From Mycoplasmatota bacterium (GTDB lineage: Bacteria; Bacillota_I; Bacilli_A; MAG-NZ): DNA of 64,000 bases. This document shows positions 1-11,127 of the stretch, in pieces. Each line of letters opens with the position of its first letter. Within the stretch, counting starts at the first letter, position 1. Both the position numbers and the translations under genes were made by a program. The stretch is from NCBI GenBank assembly GCA_018394315.1, contig CP074575.1, positions 186,001-250,000 on the forward strand, read 5' to 3'. The notes under the pieces were generated by a model that made no database searches, had not been told where the DNA came from, and saw only the letters and a program-made list of their open reading frames with translations.

Positions 1-389
1 CCTTTACCGATATACATATCATCTCTAATACCAATGACATCTGCCATAAATGAAATCATATTAGCTGTTTCTCTTACTGTTTCTCCGTGTGCTACTTGTG
101 ATTTTCCTTCATCTAAATCTTGTACTTCTAATCCTAATAAGTTACATGCACTTGAGAAACTAAATCTTGTTCTTGTTGAATTATCTCTAAATAATGAAAT
201 CCCTAATCCACTATCAAAGATTTTTGTTGATATATTTTGTTCTCTCATTCCTCTTAATATATCAGCTACTTTATATACTGATGCGATTTCATCATCACTT
301 TTTTCCCAAGTTAGCAAGAAATCATCGTTATGCATTTTACTGTGATCTAGTTTACCTAGTTCATCAATCATATTTTTAATATCTTTCAT
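1..389 (-). CDS. ygeW: Knotted carbamoyltransferase YgeW, 5' part (runs off the window); not in the ORF track
   Basis: Manual translation from ATG 389 (RBS GGAGG): MKDIKNMIDELGKL...DFLLTWEK...LFRDNSTRTRFSF...QVAHGETVRETANMISFMADVIGIRDDMYIG. Has the STRT carbamoyl-phosphate motif and lies next to ygeY. Confidence 0.92.
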   Translation of the reverse strand, partial: MKDIKNMIDELGKLDHSKMHNDDFLLTWEKSDDEIASVYKVADILRGMREQNISTKIFDSGLGISLFRDNSTRTRFSFSSACNLLGLEVQDLDEGKSQVAHGETVRETANMISFMADVIGIRDDMYIGK

Positions 390-400
390 GTTACCCTCCA

Positions 401-1591
401 TTATTTAACGTACATAGTTGGTAATGCAGCGTATACTGCAGCACACTTAACTAAGTCCGCCTTCCAAGTTTTTTCATTAGGTGCATGTGCTTCCTCTTCT
501 TTACCTGGTCCAAATCCGATACATGGTATTTCTTCTCTACCCATGATTGATACACCATTTGTTGAGAATGTCCATTTATCTACTTTAGGTGTCCCATACA
601 TACCTTCATATGCTTTCACCATTGCTTTTGTTGCATCGTGTTCTTCTGGTAATACCCATGTTGGGAAGTAACAATCTGTTTCATATACTAATCCTGTATA
701 AGCAGGTCTATCATATTTATACATTGATACTACTGCATTATGTTTTTTTACTGCTGGTAAATCTCTTATTTCTTCTAATGCTGATAAATAAGTTTCTCCA
801 TCAGTAAGTCTTCTATCAATTGAAATTGCACAACTATCAGCTACTGCACATCGTGATGGTGAAGTAAAGAATATTTCTGATACAGCTAAAGTACCTTTAC
901 CTAAAAATTCATCATAATGTAATTTATCATTTAAAGCTTCAACCTCTTTTAAGATTTCCGCCATTTTATATATTGCGTTAGATCCACGTTCTGGTGCTGA
1001 ACCATGACAAGATACTCCAGCTACATCTACTCTTATTTCCATTCTTCCTCTTTGACCACGGTAGATGTTTCCATTTGTTGGTTCTGTTATTACTACAAAC
1101 TCAGGTCTAACTTTATCTTCATTAATTATATATTGCCAACATAAACCATCACAGTCTTCTTCTTGTACTGTACCTGTTACTAATACTGTGTAACCGTCTA
1201 TTAGGTTTAAGTCCTTCATTATTTTAGCTCCATATACTGATGATACAATTCCACCTAACTGGTCAGACGCTCCACGTCCACCAATTTCTTCTTCAGTTTC
1301 ATATCCTTCATATGGATCAAACTCCCAGTTATCTAAATTACCTACACCAACAGTATCAATATGCGCATCATATGCGATTAAAGTTCCGCCAGTACCCATA
1401 TAACCTAATACATTTCCTTGAGGGTCAATTTCTACTTTATCGAATCCTACTTTTTCCATTTCCTCTTTAATTCTTAATACTGTTTTTTCCTCATCACAGC
1501 TTTCTCCTGGTATTTCGATTAAGTCTCTTAAAAACTTAGTCATGTCAGCTTTGTAACTTTCAGCTTTGTTTTTTACTTCTGTAAAATTCAT
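401..1591 (-). CDS. ygeY: YgeY-family M20 hydrolase (selenium/purine-catabolism linked)
   Basis: [49 protein letters not shown] motifs; adjacent to ygeW. Confidence 0.92.
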   Translation of the reverse strand: MNFTEVKNKAESYKADMTKFLRDLIEIPGESCDEEKTVLRIKEEMEKVGFDKVEIDPQGNVLGYMGTGGTLIAYDAHIDTVGVGNLDNWEFDPYEGYETEEEIGGRGASDQLGGIVSSVYGAKIMKDLNLIDGYTVLVTGTVQEEDCDGLCWQYIINEDKVRPEFVVITEPTNGNIYRGQRGRMEIRVDVAGVSCHGSAPERGSNAIYKMAEILKEVEALNDKLHYDEFLGKGTLAVSEIFFTSPSRCAVADSCAISIDRRLTDGETYLSALEEIRDLPAVKKHNAVVSMYKYDRPAYTGLVYETDCYFPTWVLPEEHDATKAMVKAYEGMYGTPKVDKWTFSTNGVSIMGREEIPCIGFGPGKEEEAHAPNEKTWKADLVKCAAVYAALPTMYVK

Positions 1592-1619
1592 TTTAAATCC
1601 TCCACTATTTTTATTATGA

Positions 1620-1645
1620 ATTAATTGAAAACGCTTTCAATTAAT
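1620..1645. promoter_or_regulatory. cre-like (CcpA/LacI) operator upstream of ygeY-ygeW
   Basis: TGAAAACGCTTTCA (1626-1639) fits the cre consensus and sits within an 11-bp inverted repeat ATTAATTGAAA-acgc-TTTCAATTAAT. Confidence 0.65.
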
Positions 1646-1670
1646 CAAGTTGAAATACTCTATATAAATA

Positions 1671-2288
1671 CTATTCTATATAATTATAAATACTGAACTT
1701 GGAAATCGAAAAATATTTTGCTACTTTCTCACCCGATTTGGTTATTAAAAACGCACCCGCTCTATGCAAGTATCTAATTGCCTCAATCTTTTCTTTTTTA
1801 TTCATTAATTCTACTGACTTTCCAACATATTTTACTGATTGTTCTATCAATGCATCTAAAACCTCATTAATATTGGTTGGAATCTTATCAATCTCTTCAT
1901 CTTCTCCCGTTGTTAAAAGTAACTTTTCTAATGCCTCTTTTGCGTTATTAAGATCAGTTATATCAAAATTTATCGAGAATACACCGTTTATTCTATCCTC
2001 ATTATCATACATGAAGATAGAACTACATTTCAAAATCTTACCTTGTTCCGTCTTAGTTAGATAATTTAAATGATCTTTTAATTTTCTACCTTCTTTTAAA
2101 GCCTCCAAAACTACATAAGAAGGTCCATCATTTATACTTCTATTCGAGACATGTCCGTTTTCAATAAAGACTACAGTATGTTCTAAGTCACCTTCTAAAG
2201 AATGAATTACGACTTCGCAGTTTATTCCAAAGGTAGCAGCTATACTTTTTCCGATTCTTTTTAGTAAATCGAGATTTTGTATACTCAT
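1671..2288 (-). CDS. YheO/DauR-like PAS + HTH transcriptional regulator
   Basis: FGINCEVVIH..IENGHVSNRSI N-terminus; KKEKIEAIRYLHRAGAFLITKS..VAKYFSISKFSIYNY C-terminal HTH. Confidence 0.88.
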   Translation of the reverse strand: MSIQNLDLLKRIGKSIAATFGINCEVVIHSLEGDLEHTVVFIENGHVSNRSINDGPSYVVLEALKEGRKLKDHLNYLTKTEQGKILKCSSIFMYDNEDRINGVFSINFDITDLNNAKEALEKLLLTTGEDEEIDKIPTNINEVLDALIEQSVKYVGKSVELMNKKEKIEAIRYLHRAGAFLITKSGEKVAKYFSISKFSIYNYIE

Positions 2289-2309
2289 TGAATCACTTCC
2301 TCTATTTAA

Positions 2310-2426
2310 ATTTTATATTTCTTCTTTCTATTTGTCAAATTTTTTTGCAATTTTGTTCCATGACAAGTAGAAATTTACAAAAATTTTGTAAATTTGTTTG
2401 ACAATGTTTTTGGCTGGTAGTAAAAT
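2310..2426. promoter_or_regulatory. Back-to-back sigma-A promoters with a central palindromic operator
   Basis: Plus strand TTGACA(2398-2403)-17-TAAAAT(2421-2426); minus strand TTGACA(2338-2333)-17-TAAAAT(2315-2310); perfect IR AAATTTACAAAA-A-TTTTGTAAATTT at 2371-2395. Confidence 0.75.
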
Positions 2427-2461
2427 CAAACTAGAAACATAATATCAGATTGGAGGATATC

Positions 2462-3934
2462 ATGGTAAAAGACTTTAATTTAATTGACTTAACAATCAAT
2501 GAAGAAAAACTTGAGAATGCAATAAAAAGAGCGAAGGAACAAGGAATAATAATACCTACTTTTAAACAGATGAAGAATCCAGGACTTATTCCTCAGGACA
2601 TTAAAGAAAAATTAAAGAACATTGGTTTATGGGATATTGATCCTTTAAATCTATTCCGTATTAACTGGCATAATGATTCACTTAACGACGGTGGAGGATT
2701 TAGTGATTGTAACTATGTAGTATTACCTGAAGAAATTACAGGTGTTAAAGCAAAGGTTGTAGCTGTAAGTGGTAAGCTATTCCCAACTGGTGCACATAAA
2801 GTAGGTGCAGCATTTGCTTGTTTAGTACCAAGACTAGTAACAGGACAATTCGATCCAACTACAACTAAAGCAGTATGGCCATCAACTGGTAACTACTGTA
2901 GAGGTGGAGCATATGATTCAGCTTTATTATCATGTGATTCAATCGCTATATTACCAGAGGGAATGTCAAAAGAAAGATTTGAATGGTTAGAAAAAGTAGC
3001 TGGTGAAACTATTAAAACACCAGGTTGTGAAAGTAACGTAAAAGAAATTTTTGATAAATGCTGGGAACTTAGAAATTCTGGTGAAGATTTAATGATCTTC
3101 AATCAGTTTGAAGAGTTTGGTAACTATCTATGGCATCATGAAGTAACTGGTTCAGCTATGGAAGAAGTTATCAATGCTGTTGGTGGAAACTTTAAAGGGT
3201 ATATCAGTGCTACTGGTTCAGGTGGAACTATCGCAGCTGGGGATTACTTAAAAACAAAATTCCCATTCTCTAAAATAGCTGCTTCAGAAGCTCTGCAGTG
3301 TCCAACAATTTATAATAATGGATTTGGTGATCATAGAATCGAAGGTATTGGTGATAAACATATCCCTTGGATCCATAATGTTAAAAATACAGATCTAGCA
3401 GTAGCTATTGATGATGAAGCACCAATGAACTGGATTAGAATGTTCAATGAAAAAGAAGGAATTGAGTTATTAAGAAATAAAGGTGTATCTGAAGATATAA
3501 TAGAAAAATTAAACTGGGTAGGTATCTCAGGAGCTGCTAATATCATTTCAGCTATTAAGTTTGCTAAGTATTTTGAATTAGGTGAAGATGATGTAGTTGT
3601 TACTATACTTACAGATTCAATTGAAATGTATCAAAGTAGATTAGAAGAGTTAAACGAAGAAAGAGGAGAATTCTCTTCGTATGATGCATTCGGTGTATAC
3701 GAAAGATACTTTAAAGGTGTAAACATTGATTACATTAAAGAATTAAATTATTATGACAGAAAAACAGTTCATAACTTAAAATATTATACTTGGATTGAAC
3801 AACAAGGAAAAACATATGAAGAAATATTAGCACAGTGGGATGATGATTCATATTGGACTAACATTCCAAAAGCTGCAGAAAAATTAGATGAGCTTATAGA
3901 ACAGTTTAATGAAAGAGTAAAGAATAGTAAGTAG
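2462..3934 (+). CDS. Fold-type II PLP-dependent enzyme (threonine/cysteine synthase-like), function unknown
   Basis: FPTGAHKVGA (PLP lysine), WPSTGNYCRGG, ATGSGGTIAAG, HRIEGIGDKH. Start moved to ATG 2462, which follows GGAGG. Confidence 0.85.
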   Translation: MVKDFNLIDLTINEEKLENAIKRAKEQGIIIPTFKQMKNPGLIPQDIKEKLKNIGLWDIDPLNLFRINWHNDSLNDGGGFSDCNYVVLPEEITGVKAKVVAVSGKLFPTGAHKVGAAFACLVPRLVTGQFDPTTTKAVWPSTGNYCRGGAYDSALLSCDSIAILPEGMSKERFEWLEKVAGETIKTPGCESNVKEIFDKCWELRNSGEDLMIFNQFEEFGNYLWHHEVTGSAMEEVINAVGGNFKGYISATGSGGTIAAGDYLKTKFPFSKIAASEALQCPTIYNNGFGDHRIEGIGDKHIPWIHNVKNTDLAVAIDDEAPMNWIRMFNEKEGIELLRNKGVSEDIIEKLNWVGISGAANIISAIKFAKYFELGEDDVVVTILTDSIEMYQSRLEELNEERGEFSSYDAFGVYERYFKGVNIDYIKELNYYDRKTVHNLKYYTWIEQQGKTYEEILAQWDDDSYWTNIPKAAEKLDELIEQFNERVKNSK

Positions 3935-3947
3935 TAAGGAGAGTCTG

Positions 3948-5150
3948 ATGGATAAAATAAGATATTGTAAAAATGAAATGAAATCAGATTTATTAAATGA
4001 AGCTACTGAATTATTTTCTAAAAAGAACACTAAGAAAATAGAGGCTTTCCATAAGTCTATGGGTGAATTATATAATGTAACACCTTTAGAAAGATTAAAA
4101 GGTCTAGCCAATCATTTAGGAATAAAAGAATTACTAGTTAAAGATGAATCAAAACGAGGAAACTTAAAAGCATTTAAATTATTAGGTGGAGCATATTCAG
4201 TTGCTTCAAGTATATGTAAGAAATTAGATTTAGATATAAGCGAGATTGACTTTGATTATTTAAAATCAGATGAAGTTAAGAAGAAACTAGGTAATTTAGT
4301 GTTTGCAGCTGCATCTGATGGTAATCACGGTAAATCAGTAGCATGGGCGGCAAACGAGTTCAATCAAGAATCTATAGTTTATATGCCTAAAGGTACAGTA
4401 AAAGATAGAGTTACTGCGATTGAAGAGTTAGGTGGTACAGTTCTTGTAACTGATATGAACTATGATGGATGTGTAAGTGAAGTAAATAGATTAGGTAAAG
4501 AAAAAGGTTGGGAAGTTATTCTTGATACGGCTGCAGAAGGTGATCCAGAAGTAGCTACATGGGTAATGCAAGGTTATGCAACTATGGCTTATGAAGCATT
4601 TAACCAACTTTATGAGCTTAATCTTAAACCCACACATATTTTCTTACAAGCAGGTGTAGGTTCAATGGCTGCATCAGCAATGGGGGTATTTATAAATCAT
4701 ACTTACCCAGATTGTCCTAAGTTTTATACTTTAGAACCACATCAAGCTAATTGTTATTATCAGTCTGGAATGGCTAATGACTATAAACCAAGAAGTGTCG
4801 AGGGTGATATGGATAGTATAAGTGCTGGACTTTCTTGTGGTGTTCCTAATCCAATATCATGGGAAGTAATAAGAAACTTTGCTGATGGGTTTATCTCATG
4901 TGATGATACATTAGCTGCAAATGGTATGAGAATTTTAGGAAACCCCTTACCAAGTGATAACAGAATCACTTCAGGTGAATCTGGTTCAATTGGTACTGGA
5001 TTTATAGATTCAGTAATGAAAGATAAGTTAAAGAATGAACTTAACTTAGACGAGAATTCAGTGGTTTTATTATTTAGCACTGAAGGAGATACAGATAGTG
5101 TGAACTATAGAGATATCGTATGGTATGGAAAATTTAATAGTTTGAAGTAA
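3948..5150 (+). CDS. dpaL: Diaminopropionate ammonia-lyase family protein (YgeX/DpaL)
   Basis: VKDESKR..KAFKLLGG, SDGNHGKSVAW, VMQGY, THIFLQAGVGS, AGLSCGVPN, SGESG, FSTEGDTD. Confidence 0.85.
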   Translation: MDKIRYCKNEMKSDLLNEATELFSKKNTKKIEAFHKSMGELYNVTPLERLKGLANHLGIKELLVKDESKRGNLKAFKLLGGAYSVASSICKKLDLDISEIDFDYLKSDEVKKKLGNLVFAAASDGNHGKSVAWAANEFNQESIVYMPKGTVKDRVTAIEELGGTVLVTDMNYDGCVSEVNRLGKEKGWEVILDTAAEGDPEVATWVMQGYATMAYEAFNQLYELNLKPTHIFLQAGVGSMAASAMGVFINHTYPDCPKFYTLEPHQANCYYQSGMANDYKPRSVEGDMDSISAGLSCGVPNPISWEVIRNFADGFISCDDTLAANGMRILGNPLPSDNRITSGESGSIGTGFIDSVMKDKLKNELNLDENSVVLLFSTEGDTDSVNYRDIVWYGKFNSLK

Positions 5151-5161
5151 TTTATATAAGT

Positions 5162-5197
5162 AAATGAGTTATCTTAGAATAGATAACTCATTTTTTT
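5162..5197 (+). terminator. Rho-independent terminator after dpaL
   Basis: AAATGAGTTATCT-tagaat-AGATAACTCATTT followed by a T-run. Confidence 0.8.
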
Positions 5198-5211
5198 CGA
5201 ACCAAAAACAT

Positions 5212-5239
5212 AAAGGACTGCCAATTGTAGCAGCCCTTT
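5212..5239 (-). terminator. Probable terminator for the minus-strand ABC operon
   Basis: AAAGGACTGC...GCAGCCCTTT; the mismatch becomes a G-U pair on the minus strand. Confidence 0.55.
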
Positions 5240-5475
5240 GTCAATAAAATATTTAGTTATTATTGAAATATATTTCATTCCAAATTTCTAGTTCTTCGTA
5301 TGTGTTGTCATCATACTCTACATTATCACTGCAAGTCCATGCTTCAATGTTAATTTCTATATCAACATCTTCTATCGAGATTACGTTTAAGATTATGATT
5401 ACCCTTTTAATACTCTCCATCTTTTTCTAAAGGAGTTATAGTATTTTTGTAATTCTAACATATCTCTTCTTCTAG

Positions 5476-7383
5476 TTAATTAGCTTTTAAATTTACAATA
5501 ATTTGATCTTTAAATATTACTTTCTTAGAAATAATCACTACTACCATCATGAAACCTAATATTATTAGAGTTAGTAAAGGAATAAATATTACTAAATTCA
5601 TTGAATTAAGAATTTCAGTAAATGAAATTAATAGTCCTAGTTTTTTAACAGCAAGATTAAGGAATAATGTAAATAACGCTAAACTAAGAATAATTGAATC
5701 AATTCCTATTATCACAAACTCTAACATAAGGATTTTTGTTACTTTCTTGCCACCGTATCCAAATGATCTATATAGACCAATTTCATATTTTCTTTCAAAA
5801 AGTGCTGTTACCATTAATGATGTTAAAACAATCAAAGAAACTAATATTATTATTGCAGAAGTTGTTTTAAACAGTTTTGAGAAAGCATCTATTCTACTAT
5901 ACTCAGTTTCTGCACTAAGATTATATCTATCATATGGTACTACTCTAGAATCATTTTCTAACTCTTCTTTAATTTGATCCTCAGCATCCCTAAATAAGTT
6001 ATCTTTGAATACATTTACTCCAATTGGCTTGAGTTCTTCTTCAATTAAATTAGAAAACTCATCAAGAACATAAATCGATTCCTTAAAATCATAGATTTTT
6101 TCGCCATCAATTAGACCTACAACTTTAACTCTAGGGTGACCTGTATAATTTAGGATTATATTTCTACGAAAAATCATAGTAAATACTTCTGCATCGTCAA
6201 TTATTCCAGCCTCATATTTATCTAGTAGTTTTTCTCCACCTATTCCTAATTGGGTCAAAACGGTTATGGCGTGTTTTGGTGTCACTAGTATTTCTTGTTC
6301 ATTTTCAGGATACCTTCCTTGAACAATATTATCCTTAACCCACTCGTTATCAGAAATACTTTCGAATGAAGTTCTACCAATTGGACCCCACTCTAGGCTT
6401 ATTGCTATTTCTATCTTATTATCATAAATGTACTCTGCATTATCTATATGATTCATACTTTCTAAATCAGATAATAAGTCTTCACTGTCTTCATTAACAT
6501 ACAATATTAGATTCTTCACCCCTTTGTCTATGCTTCTTTCATGCATATATTGTTGAAATATACGAGTATCAAGCGCAATTGTAATAAGGGTGATTAGTAA
6601 AATAAAGCTTAACAAGATTACGGTTTTAATAGTGTGCATAAATCTTCCTACAATATTTTTAAATGCAAGCCACAAGTTAGATATCTTAAAGTTCTTTTTC
6701 TCAGAATCTTTCTTTTTAGCTGGATTAGTCACATTTTGAGTATCAGATTCAATCTTTCCATACTTAAGATAGATTATTCTATCACTATATTTTTTTGCAA
6801 CCTCATTATTATGAGTTACTAATAAAACCAATTTTGATTTTGAAAGTTCCTTAATCATATCAGCAATTTTTTCACCAGTTTTTTCATCAAGATTACCAAG
6901 TGGTTCATCACAAAGAAGTATATCTACATCTTTTGCTATCGCTCTAGCAATCGCAACTCTTTGCTTTTGTCCACCCGATAATTGTTTTGGCAACTTGTTT
7001 AAATGATCCCCAAGCCCTACGTCCACTAAAATACTCTTAGCTCTTTTTCTTTTGTTTGTTACATCATCTGACATTACTATTAATACATTATCTAGAATGC
7101 TTAGATGATCAATTAAATTATAATGTTGAAATATAAAACCAATTTTTTTACTTCGAAAAGATGATAAATCAGTAATTTCTTCATCTTCAAATAAAATTTT
7201 TCCACTATCTACTTTGTCTAGAGCTCCAAGCAAATTTAATAGGGTGGTTTTACCACTTCCGCTTGTACCAAGTATCGAGACAAATCCAGTACCTTCAAGC
7301 TCAAGATTAAAGTTTTCTAATACAACTTGGTCTAAATCTTCCCTTATCGGATAACTTTTCTTAACGTCTAATAATTTTAACAT
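5476..7383 (-). CDS. MacB/FtsX-type ABC ATPase-permease fusion (copy 1, gene B)
   Basis: GTSGSGKTT, LSGGQKQRVAIARA, LLCDEP; C-terminal ERKYEIGLYRSFG FtsX domain. Confidence 0.9.
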   Translation of the reverse strand: MLKLLDVKKSYPIREDLDQVVLENFNLELEGTGFVSILGTSGSGKTTLLNLLGALDKVDSGKILFEDEEITDLSSFRSKKIGFIFQHYNLIDHLSILDNVLIVMSDDVTNKRKRAKSILVDVGLGDHLNKLPKQLSGGQKQRVAIARAIAKDVDILLCDEPLGNLDEKTGEKIADMIKELSKSKLVLLVTHNNEVAKKYSDRIIYLKYGKIESDTQNVTNPAKKKDSEKKNFKISNLWLAFKNIVGRFMHTIKTVILLSFILLITLITIALDTRIFQQYMHERSIDKGVKNLILYVNEDSEDLLSDLESMNHIDNAEYIYDNKIEIAISLEWGPIGRTSFESISDNEWVKDNIVQGRYPENEQEILVTPKHAITVLTQLGIGGEKLLDKYEAGIIDDAEVFTMIFRRNIILNYTGHPRVKVVGLIDGEKIYDFKESIYVLDEFSNLIEEELKPIGVNVFKDNLFRDAEDQIKEELENDSRVVPYDRYNLSAETEYSRIDAFSKLFKTTSAIIILVSLIVLTSLMVTALFERKYEIGLYRSFGYGGKKVTKILMLEFVIIGIDSIILSLALFTLFLNLAVKKLGLLISFTEILNSMNLVIFIPLLTLIILGFMMVVVIISKKVIFKDQIIVNLKAN

Positions 7384-7398
7384 AAAACCACACCTCCT

Positions 7399-9475
7399 CT
7401 ATCTAATTACTTTGATTATGTCGGTTTCTTTTAAGATTTTTCTTATTGGGGATAGAACAAAATAAAGGATTATTATTATAATTCCTATCACACCTATGAC
7501 ATTTAATCTTGATAAATTACTAAATCCTAAATTTGCATTTGGATCGAATATTTGTAATGCGACCGGATTGATTATTAACTTCAATATAAACCACACAATA
7601 ATCGAAACTACCGTTATAGTAAACGATATAATCATTCCCTCTTTTAAAAACATACTCAACACATTCTTAGATGAGTATCCTAATGATCTATATACCCCAA
7701 TGTTTTTCTTACTCCTAATTACATTGGATTTTATACCGTTATAAATAACAATGCCTCCAAATCCAGCTAATAGTAGACTTGCACATAAAATACCTACCCT
7801 ATATCCAAAGTACAAACTGTGCAACTCCTCTCGTTCTCTAGAAGCAAAATCCACTCCACCAATGATGACATTGTCATCTAGAATTGATGAAAAAATATCT
7901 TTCCTAATATCTAAGTTCTCTTCTCTTAGATAAACAGCGTATTCAAAGAATTTGAAATTCCTAAATTTCGTATATCCAGTATTATCAATAAACTCAATTA
8001 AATCTTCTTCGAAAACATAAATATTACCATTTACAAATATATCAGTTAAAGGAGTAAAATGTTCAAATGAAAATATTAAATTACCATACTTAATCGTCAA
8101 GTAGTCCAACAATTTGGAAGTCTTTTTCCAAATCCGCCCAACTATCCTTAGTAATATCACTTACTCTAAGAAATAAAGGTCTTTCACCTTTTATTGAGTA
8201 AGTAATATCCATAGAAGTTATTGACTCATAAATTTCTTTATCTGATAAATCTTTTAATTGATTTAAGCAGGTTTTTATCTGATCGATATCCTTTGTATCA
8301 CCGCAATTATAGTTATATAAAAGCCAGAGTGCACTACCTTTACTATATAGTAACTCATAGTTTTTCTCAGGGTATCTACCATAAACAATATCCTTTTCAA
8401 TACTATCCCTTACATTTGAAGGTAATGAATTAAATCTATTTTCTACCAATATAGAATTATCCTCAGTATTAATAAATGTCCCTATATTTCTCTTTATCAT
8501 ATATGACATGATCATATCTCCACTATTTTCCTCTTCTTGATTAACTATAAAATCAAAGCCATTAGTAGAGAGACCATACCAAGAATTATGGATATCAAAA
8601 TTAAGCCTGTCGACCTTATGTTCCCTAAGTATATATTGATCCACTTCATCAGTAATACCCGATGCTATACCTATTCCTAATAAGAAAATAGCTGACATCA
8701 AGATTATTAAAATTGAAGAACTGATTAAGCTCCTTTTTCTCGAAAGTAGATTAATAAAGAATCTACCACTGAAGCTTTTTTCTTCAATCTCACTTCTTAA
8801 TGATTCGATATTACTACCTTCACTCTTTACTTTTTTAGATATTAATTTACCTTCTTTAATTTCGACAATCTCATCACAATAATTATTGGCAAGAGCTTCA
8901 TCATGTGTTATCAAAATAACAGTTTTTCCCTCTGCACGCTTCATAATCAATTCCATGATTTCTGTTGTGTACATTTCATCAAGGTTACCTGTTGGTTCAT
9001 CGCAAAGTAATACTTCATTATCTCTCGCTAATGCTCTAGCTATTGCAACTCTTTGCTGTTCACCACCTGATAATTGGTTAGGAAATTTATAAGCATGTTC
9101 TAAAAGACCAACACTATTTAATAGATCTAAAGCCTTCTCTTCTTTATTAGAAATATCATTTGTTAACCCTAGCGTAATGTTTTGCACCAAATTAAGATGA
9201 CCAATTAGGTTGAATTCCTGAAAAACAAAACTAATATTCTCTCTTCTATACTTATCAAAATCTTCTATCGTCTTATTATCAAAAAGTAGCTCACCACTAA
9301 AATCGCTGTCTAGACCACCTATTAAGTTTAAAAGTGTAGTCTTCCCACTTCCACTTTGTCCCAAAATTGCTACTTTCGTACCTCTTTCAAATAAAAAAGA
9401 AGCTTGATCTAAAATTTTATCTTCTCCACCTGACTTAGTTTTATATATTTTTGTTACTTCCTTGATATTTATCAT
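7399..9475 (-). pseudogene. Frameshifted MacB/FtsX-type ABC fusion (copy 1, gene A), split into ORFs 8090-9475 and 7399-8160
   Basis: The two ORFs align end to end with the intact paralog 29036-31126. Here GAT TAA GTA TGG replaces paralog GAT TAT AAT TAT GGT, consistent with a 2-bp deletion near 8090. Confidence 0.85.
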
Positions 9476-9629
9476 ACTTTCACCGCCTTAATATTCCATC
9501 TTTTACCATTTTACCACATATTACCGCACTAAACAACACCACTACTTACTTATTAATATGGTGGATTTTTTCTACTTTTAGATGGTTGTTTTGCGAACTA
9601 AATAAGTGAGCTAGATAATTAGCTCACCA

Positions 9630-10060
9630 TTACACCTTTCGTTTTTCTAATAACTTAACACTTAATAAGTAATTAGTATTATCAATTGTTTTAACATTCT
9701 CTTCAATATCAATAACATAGTCTATTTCTTTAAGTTTAAGTGCTATTACAAAATGTGATAGTGCAAGTCTAACCAATTCAAATGCTTCAATTAAAGTATT
9801 ACTTTCTAAATAATTCATAATAATATCACTTAGTTGTTTTCTCTTATCCAATATATGCTGGAACATTCCTGAACACTCCACACATCTTAACTTTTTGCCT
9901 CTAAATCACTTTAGTAATAATCCTAAAGTGAAATGTAAAGGCATCCAAATGGTTCTTTTATATCTAGCTAAAATAGACTTGATTTGTTAACTTCTATTAA
10001 TGTTAAACTATCTTTTATATAAGTTCTCGTGCTCATGCGGTTTTTAATTGCTTTAATCAT
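9630..10060 (-). pseudogene. Decayed nitroreductase-like gene
   Basis: ATG 10060 gives MIKAIKNRMSTRTY (nitroreductase R-x-S-x-R start), followed by stops and frameshifts; ORF 9630-9881 is probably a downstream remnant. Confidence 0.45.
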
Positions 10061-10201
10061 AGTACCAATCCTAAATTGTTTCTTAAAAATTTGAGAATTT
10101 TGTCTAATATAGAATACATAAGCAGAAATATGCTATAATTACTAAAAATAGCAACAAAATCATAGTTTAAGTTATAGATATGGTCATAAAAAAGGAGAAA
10201 C

Positions 10202-10999
10202 ATGCAAATGAATAGTATAATTCAAAAAGCAAAGGAATTTGAATATAGTTCAATAAAGTACATTGAAGCAGACGAATTAGGTGATATTAAAGTTACAGTT
10301 GATGATACTGACTGCGTTATGTTCTATGATGTAAAAGAGAAACATATAAAGATTCATTGGGGACTGAATAATAGAGATAAGTTTATACCTAATTTAAAAG
10401 AAACAATTGGTATAATTAGGAAGAGTTTAACGAATACTAAAATTAATTTAAACTTCATTTTAGAAGAACATATTAAAGATTTAAAGCATATGGGTTTTAC
10501 TGTAAAATCAGAATGGATAGATTGTTGGCATAATGATGTAAAGGGAATTAAATATCCTGAAAATTTATCTATCAAAGAAATTAAAGACGAATATAAAGAA
10601 CTGTCAGTGATTACTGAGAATTGCACAGATCTATCAAGAGGATTCTATTCTACAAGCAGTGAAGACATTGAATCAATACATAAAGATATAAATTCAACTG
10701 TACTAGTATTTAAAATAAATGATCAAGTCGTAGGAGGAAGTTTGCTACAAATTTATGGACAAGATAGCGCAAAAGGTCCAGTTCTATGGCTAAAAACATT
10801 AGCTGTTGACCCAAGTTACCACGGACAAGGTATTGGAACTAGTTTAACAAAAGCAGCCCTATTATGGGGGAAGAAAATGGGAGCTACTAGAAGTTTCCTT
10901 GCAGTTGATACAGAAAATACTGCGTTAAAAATATATGAAAATCTTGGATATATAAAGAATGAGGGTCGTGGAGAAATCAATATGGAGTTAAAGATTTAG
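10202..10999 (+). CDS. GNAT family N-acetyltransferase
   Basis: LAVDPSYHGQGIGTSL acetyl-CoA motif; N.ALKIYENLGY. Confidence 0.88.
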   Translation: MQMNSIIQKAKEFEYSSIKYIEADELGDIKVTVDDTDCVMFYDVKEKHIKIHWGLNNRDKFIPNLKETIGIIRKSLTNTKINLNFILEEHIKDLKHMGFTVKSEWIDCWHNDVKGIKYPENLSIKEIKDEYKELSVITENCTDLSRGFYSTSSEDIESIHKDINSTVLVFKINDQVVGGSLLQIYGQDSAKGPVLWLKTLAVDPSYHGQGIGTSLTKAALLWGKKMGATRSFLAVDTENTALKIYENLGYIKNEGRGEINMELKI

Positions 11000-11023
11000 A
11001 TAGTGTTTTATAACTAAGATAAT

Positions 11024-11059
11024 AAAATGAGTTATCATGCATTAGGGTAACTCATTTTT
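11024..11059 (+). terminator. Rho-independent terminator after GNAT
   Basis: AAAATGAGTTATC...GGTAACTCATTTTT hairpin. Confidence 0.65.
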
Positions 11060-11127
11060 CATTCCACCTCAATTATTGAATACTACAAAAAAATCAAGCA
11101 ATAAGCTTGATCTTAAACCAATAAGAA

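Noticed and set aside
5253..5420. 55-codon acidic minus-strand ORF (MESIKRVIII...)
   Set aside because: No clear RBS or family; possibly a remnant
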